A stretch of 63,935 bases of DNA, filler included, from an uncultured Methanoregulaceae archaeon (GTDB taxonomy: Archaea > Halobacteriota > Methanomicrobia > Methanomicrobiales > Methanospirillaceae): NCBI GenBank assembly GCA_964530035.1. It is 3 parts of 3 records of this genome, joined end to end, with 100 filler letters (N's around TTAATTAATTAA, not from the genome) between each part and the next. Parts side by side here need not be neighbours in the genome. Positions count along the whole stretch, not along the records: positions 28,651 to 54,703 come from CAZGXZ010000009.1; 2 more parts are not named here. The stretch is one strand, 5' to 3'. Both the position numbers and the translations under genes were made by a program. Numbering within the stretch: position 1 is the first letter of the stretch; each line of letters opens with the position of its first letter. The notes below the pieces were generated by a model. The model was not told where the DNA came from. It made no database searches and was given only the letters and a program-made list of their open reading frames with translations. This document shows, piece after piece, positions 29,535 through 39,593 of the stretch.

Positions 29535-30080
29535 ATGGGTGCAAGCAGTTCCTTTACCGTAGAACGGAGCCAGCAGGACGCGTACAACGCGGTCTTCAAT
29601 GCACTTGAGAACAATTCCGCCGAACTGACCAACCAGACCCCCCCGGCGAGGCTCGAGTTTACCATGCAGAGGAAGGACATCATGGCCAAGTTTCTCGGCG
29701 AGGCACGGATCAATGTCCTCCAGAACGGGAAGACCAGTATCAACCTCGAAGTGAACCCCGATACCGGGAGCCTTGCCATCGCTGGGATAGGGGGAGTCAT
29801 CCTTGTCCTTGTTTTCGCAGCCCTGCTCGGGGGTCTCGGCTTCCTGATCGGGATCTGTATCCTCGGTGCGCTGGTCTATATCATGTGGCAGGACGCGCCC
29901 GATAAAATGGTGAAGCGGCTTAAGGACTCCATAATGACCTATGAAGTCACGAGGGGCCCTGCTCCCGGGTACTCCTCCGTACCTTCGGCAGCGGTCGAAG
30001 GGGAAAAGTTCTGCTCCTCCTGTGGCCAGAAGATCGAGGCTGATGCCAAGTTCTGCAGCGTTTGCGGTGCGACACAATAA
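29535..30080 (+). CDS. Membrane protein with C-terminal zinc ribbon
   Basis: Two TM helices; KFCSSCG...AKFCSVCG. Confidence 0.8.
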   Translation: MGASSSFTVERSQQDAYNAVFNALENNSAELTNQTPPARLEFTMQRKDIMAKFLGEARINVLQNGKTSINLEVNPDTGSLAIAGIGGVILVLVFAALLGGLGFLIGICILGALVYIMWQDAPDKMVKRLKDSIMTYEVTRGPAPGYSSVPSAAVEGEKFCSSCGQKIEADAKFCSVCGATQ

Positions 30081-30403
30081 ATACCTTTTTTTCTCCGCCC
30101 TGACCATTCCCGGGTCATTGCGCACTCTTTCGAGTATCCTTTGAACCAAGAGTGACAACACCCGGATGGCGCCGCTGACCGGTATCAATCCCAAAGCAGA
30201 TTATTTTCATTGGTTGCCCCCCCGAATTCCCGATATGATGTGGAATTATCTCCATGTCCTGCAGAACAGTGCCGGTCGTGCCGGAAATGCTTCAGGGGTG
30301 GCAGTCCCATGGCCGGACGACGAGGTGAATGAAAGGGGGGTCTGCCATCCGCGGGCCTTATAAAAAGATCCTGGGGTTTCCCGGGCCGCCAGGGTCCCCT
30401 GGC

Positions 30404-31588
30404 TTATTCACTGTTGATGTGCACGACTTTTGCCGGGGGAAACCCGTTGAAGTAGGTCGACGAGGCGATGGAGTATGCACCGATGTTCTCGGAGTAGACC
30501 AGGTCTCCGATCTCAAGGTCGGGGAGGTCGGCACTGAGCGTGATGGTGTCGAATGCATCGCAGGTCGGCCCGAAGACCGCTGAAATCCTGGTCGGGCCTT
30601 CGCTGAACGACAGCACCGGGTACGTGTTGTGGTCGAAGACCTGCCCGGAATAAGTGTGGTAGACGCCGTCGTTGATGTAATAGCATGGCTTTCCGTCGCG
30701 GAACGCTTTTCCTATGACGCTTGAGACGAGGGTGCATGCATTGGCCACGAGGTAGCGGCCCGGTTCGGCGAGGATCTGGATGTCAGGCGGGAACAGCCGC
30801 CCTATCTCCTTGTTCAGCTTCCCGGCCAGGACCCCGACCGGTTTTACCTCGGGGTGGTACGCGACCGGGAACCCTCCCCCGATATCAAGGATCCGTATCG
30901 ACTGTCCCGTCCTTGCCTCGGTCTCGTTCATGATGTCAGAGGACAGCTGGAGGGCCTGGACATAGTTGTCAAAGTTGGTGCACTGGCTCCCTACATGGAA
31001 ACTGAGGCCCTCCACGGCAAGGCCCATCGCAAAGGCACTGGCAATCAGGTCGACCGCCTCGCCCGGGTCTGCCCCGAACTTCGAGGACAGCTCCACCATC
31101 GAGCCGGTGTTGGGGACGCGGATCCTGAGGACAAGCCCTGCATGGGGTGCATGGGTTTTTATCTTCTTCAGTTCCTCGTGGTTGTCAAAGGTGACGAGCG
31201 GCCGGTACTGGTCAAGGGCTTTTAACGTGTCAATCGGCTTGATGGTGTTCGCATAGATGATGTTGTCCCAGATCCATTCCTGCCGCTTCTTTTCGGGCAT
31301 ATCCTGGATATTTTCGTAAACGACCTTGAACTCGGGCATGGAGGCGACATCGAAACTGCATCCCAGGTGGTAAAGGGTGTGGACAATTTCAGGGTTTGAA
31401 TTTGCCTTGACTGCGTAGTATACCTGGACATCAGGCATATGGGCCTTGAACTCCCTGTAGTTCTGCCGTATCTTCTCATGGTCGATGATGAAGACCGGCG
31501 TCCCCTCCCGGAGCGCCAGCTCGCGGATCTGTTCCTTTCCTCTCTGGTCGATATGCGGGACATCACCTTCACAGCTTCCGTTTTTCAT
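30404..31588 (-). CDS. Fold-type III PLP decarboxylase (ornithine/lysine/arginine decarboxylase-like)
   Basis: YYAVKAN, SKFG, FHVGSQ, DIGGGF, AEPGR, FGPTCD, GAY. Confidence 0.93.
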   Translation of the reverse strand: MKNGSCEGDVPHIDQRGKEQIRELALREGTPVFIIDHEKIRQNYREFKAHMPDVQVYYAVKANSNPEIVHTLYHLGCSFDVASMPEFKVVYENIQDMPEKKRQEWIWDNIIYANTIKPIDTLKALDQYRPLVTFDNHEELKKIKTHAPHAGLVLRIRVPNTGSMVELSSKFGADPGEAVDLIASAFAMGLAVEGLSFHVGSQCTNFDNYVQALQLSSDIMNETEARTGQSIRILDIGGGFPVAYHPEVKPVGVLAGKLNKEIGRLFPPDIQILAEPGRYLVANACTLVSSVIGKAFRDGKPCYYINDGVYHTYSGQVFDHNTYPVLSFSEGPTRISAVFGPTCDAFDTITLSADLPDLEIGDLVYSENIGAYSIASSTYFNGFPPAKVVHINSE

Positions 31589-32093
31589 TGTGATATGCCT
31601 CCTGCCAGGTCCTGACGTGGATATATCATTGGATCAGTCTGCGGATATGAAATTATGTAAGGGCGCCACCCGGTCGAACCGGTCCGTCTCCCTACGCGCC
31701 AGGGTACATGGTTTAATAGGTCATCTGAAGAAGATATCGTCAAATCAAGGGGCCGGGGCAAGGATGCGGGTGGAGGCCGGGGACTGTCCTGGTGAGGGGG
31801 TGGTACGGGGACCATGTCCTCCGGTACCGGGTGGAAAGACCGGATGACATGAAACCCTTTTAACCTATGGCAAAAGGGAAAAGGATGTTAATGGTGGCCG
31901 ACGTACACCTGTACCATATCGTTTCCTGAGGAATGCGCCGGGCCCTCATGTCAGAAAATGTCAGCGGATCCTGGTGCTGGGCTCCGGGTTCCCTTGTCCG
32001 GACCTGGCGGGTCATCAGCGAAGTACCGGGGCAGTATCCGGGTGTTCAAAACCCGGTAGGGGCATTTCCGGAAACGATACAGAGGGGAAGTGT

Positions 32094-32702
32094 ATGAAGT
32101 CTTTCAGGATAATCGTTGTTATCACAGTCCTCGTCGCGGTGCTGCTCATTATCGCACCCATGGCCGCCTTCGTGTTTCCCTCGGGGACGACCTTCCGCAG
32201 CCTGTACCTGAAGAACACCATTGGGTCCGAGGTGCAGCCTGCATCAACCGATACAGCTACACCGACACCAACCATCACCGCAACAAAAACACCGGTGCCG
32301 ACCCGGTCTCCGATTACGTTCAAGCCGAAGGTAACGCCCACGAAAAAACCGGTCATAACCCGGACCACCCGTACGCCAACACCCAGCCCGACGCCAACAC
32401 CGCAGGTAACGGCCACGCCTGCCGTGGAAGGATCTTCCTCCTTCCGCGACCGGTACGGAGGTCTGCTCCAGGCGGGCAGCAAACAGACCCCCGTGACACC
32501 CTCGGTGAAGGTCCTCCCTACCCAGATCGACCCGGGATGGGACAGCAGCGGCCGGCTCCCGGCCGGCTGGAAGTATGACCCGGACACCCAGATGTTGTAT
32601 CCGCCGGGATGGGAGGAGTGGGACATGGCCGCTCAAACGAGCTGGCTGGTTGACAGTGGCAACTCCCCCCAGGCTGAGAACTGGAAGAGCGTCTGGAGCT
32701 GA
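32094..32702 (+). CDS. Secreted Pro/Thr-rich hypothetical protein
   Basis: Signal anchor, PT repeats, Trp-rich C-terminus. Confidence 0.7.
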   Translation: MKSFRIIVVITVLVAVLLIIAPMAAFVFPSGTTFRSLYLKNTIGSEVQPASTDTATPTPTITATKTPVPTRSPITFKPKVTPTKKPVITRTTRTPTPSPTPTPQVTATPAVEGSSSFRDRYGGLLQAGSKQTPVTPSVKVLPTQIDPGWDSSGRLPAGWKYDPDTQMLYPPGWEEWDMAAQTSWLVDSGNSPQAENWKSVWS

Positions 32703-32820
32703 CCTGCTGGCTTCAGTCAGGCGTGAAACCCGGCCATAATGAAAACAGAGCAATAATCTCCTTTTTTAGGTCCCGCGTATCCCGTCAGGCATAAGTAGAC
32801 TGAACACCGAAAGGACAGGC

Positions 32821-33303
32821 ATGAAGACCTGTATCATTTTTTACTCGTATTCAGGGGTCACCCGTGGTGTCGCAGAATCTCTCGCGGATTCATGCGGGGC
32901 CGATCTCATCGAGGTGCATGCGAAAAACCCGTATTCGAAGCTGACCGCCTACACGGTCGGATGCATGAGGGCCCGGCGGGGTGATGCTGACCCCATCGAC
33001 CGGGAAACGATCGATGTCTCTCCTTACGACCTTGTCATTATCGGGACACCGGTCTGGGCATTCCGTGCCGCTCCGCCGGTCAATGCCGCAATTGCTGCAC
33101 TCTCCGGGTGCAGCGGGAAAAAGGCCGTTCTCTTTGCAACATGCGGCGGAAAGGCCGGGGATACCATACAGGAACTGAAAAAAATCCTTCTCGACAAGGG
33201 TTTCCGCATCACGAGTGACATTACGTTCACGAAAAAGGAACTGGACGACAACCGGAAGACCGGTGAACTTGCCGCTCTCGTCAAGGCGGCGGAACAGGCA
33301 TAA
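32821..33303 (+). CDS. Flavodoxin family protein
   Basis: FYSYSGVTR and IGTPVWAFRAAP. Confidence 0.9.
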   Translation: MKTCIIFYSYSGVTRGVAESLADSCGADLIEVHAKNPYSKLTAYTVGCMRARRGDADPIDRETIDVSPYDLVIIGTPVWAFRAAPPVNAAIAALSGCSGKKAVLFATCGGKAGDTIQELKKILLDKGFRITSDITFTKKELDDNRKTGELAALVKAAEQA

Positions 33304-33731
33304 TTTTTTTTTGGGTAAGAGCCGAAAATGCGCTCCACTCCGGAAATGGACTGGTACACCTCTCTTCCTGGTCCACATTGACCTCGGTTTACTACGCTGC
33401 CCTGCAGGACGTGCGCCTTACAATAATTATTTATAGTACAGGAAGGAAGTATCTTTTGTTACCGTTGGCGACCTGCCCTGGCACGAGGCCTTCCCGGAGT
33501 ACGGGAGAGCCGGTGCATCTTCCCCTTGCCGGACGTGCAGGTGAAACGGCAGACAGGACGGGGTGGTCAGAATAAAAAGTAACTATAATCCGCGGTATGC
33601 CCGGCCTGTTCGAGGTACCCCGGTATCATAAGAGGCTCCGGGCACCAGGCCCGCACTGAACGGTCAGGGCCTGCTGTATACAATATGCATGAATGAACGG
33701 CGACAGAGATTACAAGAGCGGAGGCTCTGTC

Positions 33732-34100
33732 ATGTTGACCCTGGAACAACAACACAACAAGGACTTCCTGCCCCGGTATGAGGACCCCGGGCAGTGGGAA
33801 GATAATACTCCCGACCTCCTTGATTACGAGCGGATGATTGAACACCTCGAGGAGTATGGTCAGCCGGTTATCCAGTCTTCCTATTACTTCATCCGGTCTC
33901 ATGAAAAGGGGTATTCCCTTTGCCGGATAATGACCGCCGGAAACCTCTTTTCCTGTGAGCATGTCGATCACGAGGAGTATGGTATCAGCGATGAAGACCT
34001 GGAATTTGCAGCAGGAACTCCCGGGGAGGCGTTTCCCTTCGAGGGATATTTCCCGGTATCAGCTCTCATCATCACCAAGCTGGAAGCGATACTGGTATAA
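33732..34100 (+). CDS. Acidic hypothetical protein
   Basis: GGAGG RBS; coding-like ORF. Confidence 0.6.
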   Translation: MLTLEQQHNKDFLPRYEDPGQWEDNTPDLLDYERMIEHLEEYGQPVIQSSYYFIRSHEKGYSLCRIMTAGNLFSCEHVDHEEYGISDEDLEFAAGTPGEAFPFEGYFPVSALIITKLEAILV

Positions 34101-34305
34101 TCCCCGGTTTCACCTATTTTCACATGGCAGTACCTGCTGAGGACCTCTTTCCGCCAGTCCCTGCAGGTTCCCGGTTATTACCTTAAAGCACGGTTTTAAA
34201 TTGTACCAGGGGATATTTCCTGATTACACACCCGGATTCGGGGGATTGTAGTGGTGTACGGATTGCACCCGGGCAATCCCCGGCAGCGGAATAAAATCCT
34301 TATTA

Positions 34306-34344
34306 TGTAATGTTTATTGCACATATTGTAAAGTTTATATTACA
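34306..34344. promoter_or_regulatory. Two TGT-N12-ACA boxes 21 bp apart
   Basis: TGTAATGTTTATTGCACA and TGTAAAGTTTATATTACA. Confidence 0.6.
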
Positions 34345-34398
34345 TTATTGGGGAAGTACTACCCAGCCATGATCCCTCCAGGAATCCGGACCCGAGGT

Positions 34399-35700
34399 AT
34401 GCAGGTTCTTAAAAAAGCGGCCAGGCTCCTGGTATTGCTGCTGCCGTTTTCCCTGCTCCTCGTCCGGCCTGCATGTGCCGCTATATGCCCGAAGGGGAGG
34501 TCCGGCTGTCCTTACCCTGGCCGTTGCTTTCTCTATACCGATGCCGATGCCAACTCCCTCTGTGATTACACCCTTCCCGGAGCAGCTCCGCCTGCCCCGA
34601 AGACGCAGGCCGTTGTGCCCACCACCCTCCCGTCAATACCTTCACCCACTCCCGGCCAGGCAGCCTCCTCCGTCCCTGGCCTTCACCAGCCGGCAGCAGT
34701 CCTGACCGATACGCCCGTAGCTGTCACGGTACATGGCGGGCATCTGCCCGCCTGGCACTGGGCCGGCGACCCTGCCCTCATCCTTGCAGGGATCCTGCTC
34801 TTCGCAGGTATATTCGTGGTGTGCTGGGCGGTCTTCAGGTACAGGATACCCGGCCTCGCCAGAAACCCCTCCAAAAAGCCGGTCATGGTGCCTGCAATGC
34901 TTGCCGTCCTGGCAAGCGTACTCCTTCTCTGGCTGCTTATGCCTGAATCTGCCCCGGTGCTCTGGTTCGTTCTGGTATATATCCTGGGTGCAACGGCCCT
35001 GTCAGCCTGGCTATGGATAAAAGGCCTGATGACCCGGGGATTCTTATACCTGACACTCTCCCTGAGCATCATTGCCGGGTTTGTCTTCGGTGCACCCCTG
35101 ATGCCGCTCATGTTCCCGGACATGAACGGGTGGGTCAGTATCGCAACAGCGCTGACCCCGGGAATACTCATCATATCGGTCGTCGTTATTGCGACATTCC
35201 TCCTGGGGAGACTGTTCTGCGGGCAGGTCTGCCCGGTGGGGTCGGTCCAGGAATATGCGTCCCGCCTCACGAAACGTAAAATCACCGTGGGGCCTCCCGT
35301 TCTTCCAGAAGCAGTCCGGTTCGCTGTGCTGGTGATTGCCCTCATCTCCGGAGGTTCCTATGCGTATCTCATCACCCTCACCGGCATATCATCGTTCTTT
35401 GAGCTCACCCTGTCTGCGGGGTTTTTCATGTTCATCGTGGTAATCGCCCTGTCGGTGGTGGTATACCGCCCTGTGTGCCGTTTCCTGTGTCCCTTCGGTG
35501 CGGTCTTTTCGGTCCCGGCACACCTCAGCCGCATGGGGCTTACCCGGACAGAGTCGTGCATACAATGCAGGCGGTGTGAAAAGGTATGTCCGGTCGGGGC
35601 TGCCGGCAGGGATGCTTCGAAACGCGAGTGCTACCTGTGCGGGAGGTGCACGGAGACATGTCCCGTCGCAGGTGCCCTTGTCTACCGGAAACGGTTTTAA
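34399..35700 (+). CDS. Membrane-bound 4Fe-4S protein (NapH/YccM-like)
   Basis: GRLFCGQVCPVG, RPVCRFLCPFG, two CxxCxxCxxxCP motifs; Cys-rich N-terminal motif. Confidence 0.88.
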   Translation: MQVLKKAARLLVLLLPFSLLLVRPACAAICPKGRSGCPYPGRCFLYTDADANSLCDYTLPGAAPPAPKTQAVVPTTLPSIPSPTPGQAASSVPGLHQPAAVLTDTPVAVTVHGGHLPAWHWAGDPALILAGILLFAGIFVVCWAVFRYRIPGLARNPSKKPVMVPAMLAVLASVLLLWLLMPESAPVLWFVLVYILGATALSAWLWIKGLMTRGFLYLTLSLSIIAGFVFGAPLMPLMFPDMNGWVSIATALTPGILIISVVVIATFLLGRLFCGQVCPVGSVQEYASRLTKRKITVGPPVLPEAVRFAVLVIALISGGSYAYLITLTGISSFFELTLSAGFFMFIVVIALSVVVYRPVCRFLCPFGAVFSVPAHLSRMGLTRTESCIQCRRCEKVCPVGAAGRDASKRECYLCGRCTETCPVAGALVYRKRF

Positions 35701-35822
35701 GGTCCGAATCCCCTGCCATTCCCGAGCTTTCCGGCTGGCTCATCCGCGGAGATGGCAATGCGGTCCCTGGCATCCAGCAGCTATTTCATGCACGATACCC
35801 ATGACCACATGAGGGAGGTACC

Positions 35823-36320
35823 ATGGACCAGGATATCAGTTTCAGGCGGGTGACCATCACGAAGCCCGCCGAGGTGAACTTCATCCTCGGGCAGTCACAT
35901 TTCATCAAGACCGTGGAGGACATCAGCGAGGCGGTCGCAGGTTCTGTCCCGGGAGCCAGGTTCGGGCTGGCGTTCTGCGAGTCATCAGGAGAGTGCCTCG
36001 TGCGGCTCGACGGGAACGACCCGGAGCTGACCGCCATGGCGAAGGAGAATGCCCTTGCCATCGGAGCTGGCCATTCGTTCATCCTTTTCCTGCGTGACTG
36101 CTACCCGATGAATGTCCTCAATGCGATCAAGCAACTCCAGGAGGTCTGCACCATTTATTGCGCCACGGCCAACCCGGCGGAGGTGATCGTGGCGGAGTCT
36201 GCCCAGGGGTGCGGGATAATGGGTGTCATCGACGGAGAGCGGCCGAAAGGTGTCGAGGCGCCCGATGGTGTCAGGTGGAGGACAGCATTTTTGCGGACGA
36301 TCGGCTATAAGCGAGGGTAG
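35823..36320 (+). CDS. Adenosine-specific kinase family protein (DUF355)
   Basis: NFILGQSHFIKTVED, FCESSG, IGAGH, IYCATANP, IGYK. Confidence 0.92.
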   Translation: MDQDISFRRVTITKPAEVNFILGQSHFIKTVEDISEAVAGSVPGARFGLAFCESSGECLVRLDGNDPELTAMAKENALAIGAGHSFILFLRDCYPMNVLNAIKQLQEVCTIYCATANPAEVIVAESAQGCGIMGVIDGERPKGVEAPDGVRWRTAFLRTIGYKRG

Positions 36321-36556
36321 GCAGCCGGCAGGCAGGAGAGCTGCGACTCAATGGAACTGTCCTGGACGGACCAATCCTGGTGTCCAGGATGACCATGACC
36401 CTCTCTCCCGGGAAGAGGAGGCCCTCCCTGTTCAGGCAGATCCGGACGGCCGTGGTCGGACCAGCTGGATATAAAAGGGGCCGCGTGTGCACCACTAGTA
36501 CGACACCCTGGAGGCCAGGATAGGGAAGGCTCCAGGAAGGGCCGGAAGTGAAACGG

Positions 36557-37231
36557 ATGAAGATCGTTGGTATTAACGGGAGCCCGAGAAAGGACCGGAG
36601 CCGGACGCTGCAGCTCGTCCGGGCGGTCCTGGACGGGGCGAAACAGGAAGGAGCGCAAACGGAGATCGTGGATATCTGCAGTCTCGACATCGAGTTCTGT
36701 ACCGGGTGCGAGACATGCTACCTCACGGGCGAGTGCATCCATGATGACGATGCAGCCGCTCTCTTTTCGAAACTCGAGGAGGCTGACGGCATTGTCCTTG
36801 GATCGCCGGTGTACATCGACAGCGTTACCGCCCAGCTGAAGCGCTGGATTGACCGGCTCGCCGACGCGGTCCACTGCCAGCTGCTGGCCGGAAAGTACGG
36901 TTGTTCGGTCTCGACCGCCGGCGGGTCCAGGGAACAGGAAGTGGTGGACTACCTTAACACCGTGCTTGGTGCCGTTGGTGTCGTCGCGATAGGCGGTGTC
37001 GGTGTGGCCCTGTCAAAGGGACCGGATGCCCTTGCCGATGCAACAGTCCAGGCCACAGCCCTTGGGAGGGAGCTGGCATCAGCGATCCGTTCAAAACGGC
37101 AGTACCCTGAAAAACAGGCTTTCCTGGACGCCAGACGCGATTACTTCTGCCGCCTTGCAACCCTCAACAAGGAAGCCTGGAAACACCAGTACGAGTTCTG
37201 GGTAGAAAAGGGCTACATCAGGGACCAGTAG
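36557..37231 (+). CDS. Iron-sulfur flavoprotein / FMN reductase family
   Basis: GINGSPRK, CTGCETCYLTGEC, GSPVY. Confidence 0.9.
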   Translation: MKIVGINGSPRKDRSRTLQLVRAVLDGAKQEGAQTEIVDICSLDIEFCTGCETCYLTGECIHDDDAAALFSKLEEADGIVLGSPVYIDSVTAQLKRWIDRLADAVHCQLLAGKYGCSVSTAGGSREQEVVDYLNTVLGAVGVVAIGGVGVALSKGPDALADATVQATALGRELASAIRSKRQYPEKQAFLDARRDYFCRLATLNKEAWKHQYEFWVEKGYIRDQ

Positions 37232-37526
37232 GACGGCGCCGGCTGAAGGTCTCCCTGCCCCGACTGTTTCAAGGACTGGAAAAGGGAACATCTTCCCTGC
37301 CGTCGTTTGCCGGGACCAGGATTTCCCGCTCTGTATGGATGTCCCGGACCCGGGATGGCAGCTCATCCGGCCTGCCCCCAAATGACACGGTATCGGTCGG
37401 GTGACCAGAGAACCGCCCCGGGCTTGTGAATAATACCGGTAATCCTCCTATACACCGTTGTTTTCCCAGAGCCCCACCTCCCCGTTCCCTGTGAGAGAAG
37501 AAAGGCCTTATTCAGGAACGAAGATT

Positions 37527-37535
37527 TTTATATAA
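37527..37535 (+). promoter_or_regulatory. TATA box with purine-rich BRE
   Basis: CGAAGATTTTTATATAAG. Confidence 0.6.
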
Positions 37536-37559
37536 GCCCCCGTCAGTCCAACCTCCATA

Positions 37560-37647
37560 CAATGATACGGCACCTCAATCGTGTGATGGGGGTGAACCTC
37601 TCATCCGGCCGTTCAGGCCGGGTGCAGGTGGTTTTTGTTGTTTTTTC
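37560..37647 (+). ncRNA. Candidate structured small RNA or leader
   Basis: Three-way-junction fold between a TATA box and a T-tract. Confidence 0.35.
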
Positions 37648-37937
37648 CGTTCTTACCATTTCTTCACGGCCCTGCCTCGAGGAATGATGCCGGGACTGCC
37701 GGGATGGATATCAGGCCGGCAGCAGGATGAGTTACGACCGGCAGGATGGAGCTATGCCGTTCCGTCCACGGTCCTCGTATCGGTTGGAAGCGCACTCTGT
37801 GACCTGCTTCTCCCGTAACTCCTCTCCCTTTCCGGACCTCGCTCTGATAACCCCGGTATGTCATCGCAATATACTTCGTCCCCCTCTCCAAGACGTACAG
37901 GTACTCCTGTTTCAGGCGGCCATATTCTGACATTGCC

Positions 37938-39392
37938 ATGACAAGCCTTGAGCCCGGCCCTGCTGATGCCCCGATATCCAGAGCGGTCGGTCCTGGCCCC
38001 GGTGAAAAAAGGGCTGCGACAACCCAGAAGAGGATCGTCCTGTTCATTGCGGTCCTTGCCGGTTTTTTAACCCCGTTTGACGGCTCGGCGGTCAACATCG
38101 CCCTCCCCACGATCGCCGGGGAGCTCCACATGGACGCGGTCACGCTCTCCTGGGTGGCGACCGCCTACCTGCTGGCATCCGCGCTCTTCCTCGTCCCCCT
38201 AGGAAAGATCGCAGACATACATGGTAGAAAACGTATTTTTCTCTATGGGATCGCGATATTCTCCCTGGCATCGCTGCTCATGACCCTGGCCGTTTCCACC
38301 CCGATGCTCCTGGCGTTCAGGGTCATCCAGGGGCTCGGCAGCTCCATGATCTTCGGGACATCAGTCGCCATCCTGACCTCGGTATTTCCCCAGGGTGAAC
38401 GGGGGAGGGCGCTTGGCATCTATATCACCTCGGTATACCTCGGCCTGACGGCCGGCCCGTTCCTGGGCGGTATCCTTACCGGGTTTTTCGGGTGGCGGAG
38501 CATCTTCCTGATCAATGTGCCCCTTGGGATCTCGGTTTTCATCCTGGTCATCACGATGCTGAAAGGGGAGTGGGCCGAGTGCCGGGGGGAGCCCTTTGAC
38601 CTGGCCGGCTCGGTCATCTACAGCCTGATGCTCCTCGCCGCCATGGTGGGATTTTCCGAACTTCCCGGATTGTCCGGGGCCGGACTCCTTGTCGCGGCGC
38701 TCGTGCTCCTCGTCCTGTTCATCAGGTACGAGGACCGCCAGGCCCATCCCGTCCTGTACATGGGGCTGTTCAAGAAAAGCCGGGTCTTCACCTTTTCCAA
38801 CCTTGCAGCTCTTATCAACTACAGCGCCACCTACTCGGTGTCCTTCTTAATAAGTCTCTTTCTCCAGTATACCCGTGATTACCCCCCTGAATATGCCGGG
38901 ATTATCCTGATTGCCGCCCCCCTGGCCCAGGTTGCCGTCTCCCCGTTTGCCGGGCGGCTCTCGGACCGGGTCGACCCGGGCCTCATCGCGTCGGTCGGTA
39001 TGGCATGTTCGGGGATCGGCATCCTGCTCCTCACCGGGCTCGGTGATACCACCCCGTTGTGGTACATCCTGTTTGCCCTCCTGGTTATCGGGCTTGGGTT
39101 CGGCCTGTTCACCTCGCCGAACACGAATGCCATCATGGGCTCGGTTGAAAAACGGTATTACGGCGTTGCGTCGGGAATTGTCAGTACCATGCGGCTACTC
39201 GGCCAGATGTTGTCGATGGGTATCGCGATGACCCTCTTTGCGGTAATCATCGGGAGGGTCGAGATAACGGCGGATTATTACCCAGAATTTCTTGAAGCGG
39301 TCCATTATGCATTCCTTTTATTCTCCGTGCTCTGCGGGGCCGGTGTCCTGTGCTCCCTCATGAGAAGAAACAAAGCAGAAACACAACGGTGA
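37938..39392 (+). CDS. MFS drug:H+ antiporter (DHA2, 14 TM)
   Basis: DGSAVNIALP, GKIADIHGRKR, ERGRALG, WRSIFLINVP. Confidence 0.95.
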   Translation: MTSLEPGPADAPISRAVGPGPGEKRAATTQKRIVLFIAVLAGFLTPFDGSAVNIALPTIAGELHMDAVTLSWVATAYLLASALFLVPLGKIADIHGRKRIFLYGIAIFSLASLLMTLAVSTPMLLAFRVIQGLGSSMIFGTSVAILTSVFPQGERGRALGIYITSVYLGLTAGPFLGGILTGFFGWRSIFLINVPLGISVFILVITMLKGEWAECRGEPFDLAGSVIYSLMLLAAMVGFSELPGLSGAGLLVAALVLLVLFIRYEDRQAHPVLYMGLFKKSRVFTFSNLAALINYSATYSVSFLISLFLQYTRDYPPEYAGIILIAAPLAQVAVSPFAGRLSDRVDPGLIASVGMACSGIGILLLTGLGDTTPLWYILFALLVIGLGFGLFTSPNTNAIMGSVEKRYYGVASGIVSTMRLLGQMLSMGIAMTLFAVIIGRVEITADYYPEFLEAVHYAFLLFSVLCGAGVLCSLMRRNKAETQR

Positions 39393-39593
39393 TTGCGGCC
39401 TGGCAAACGGGTTATCCTAGGAATAACGGGCCTTCCCATGTCTTTTCCGGTTCCCCTGTCTGATCGGCGGGATGCTTGCAGGGTTGACCCGCCTCGGTAT
39501 TTCATTTTGGGTGGCCGGAATTCTTTCCATCGTCCCATCATTTCATTACCTTGAACATCCATTCCGTCTCTTACAGGAAGCTGGAGGGGGTCA

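Noticed and set aside
32250..32420. Repetitive ACC/CCG sequence
   Set aside because: Encodes a Pro/Thr linker; not a CRISPR or DNA-level repeat.
34292..34307. AAAATCCTTATTATG resembling the dispersed-repeat core
   Set aside because: Short and gapped, with no flanking similarity; likely chance in an AT-rich promoter.
37570..37625. tRNA-like appearance (GTTCA loop)
   Set aside because: No 7-bp acceptor stem, 7-nt T-loop or anticodon arm; kept only as an sRNA candidate.
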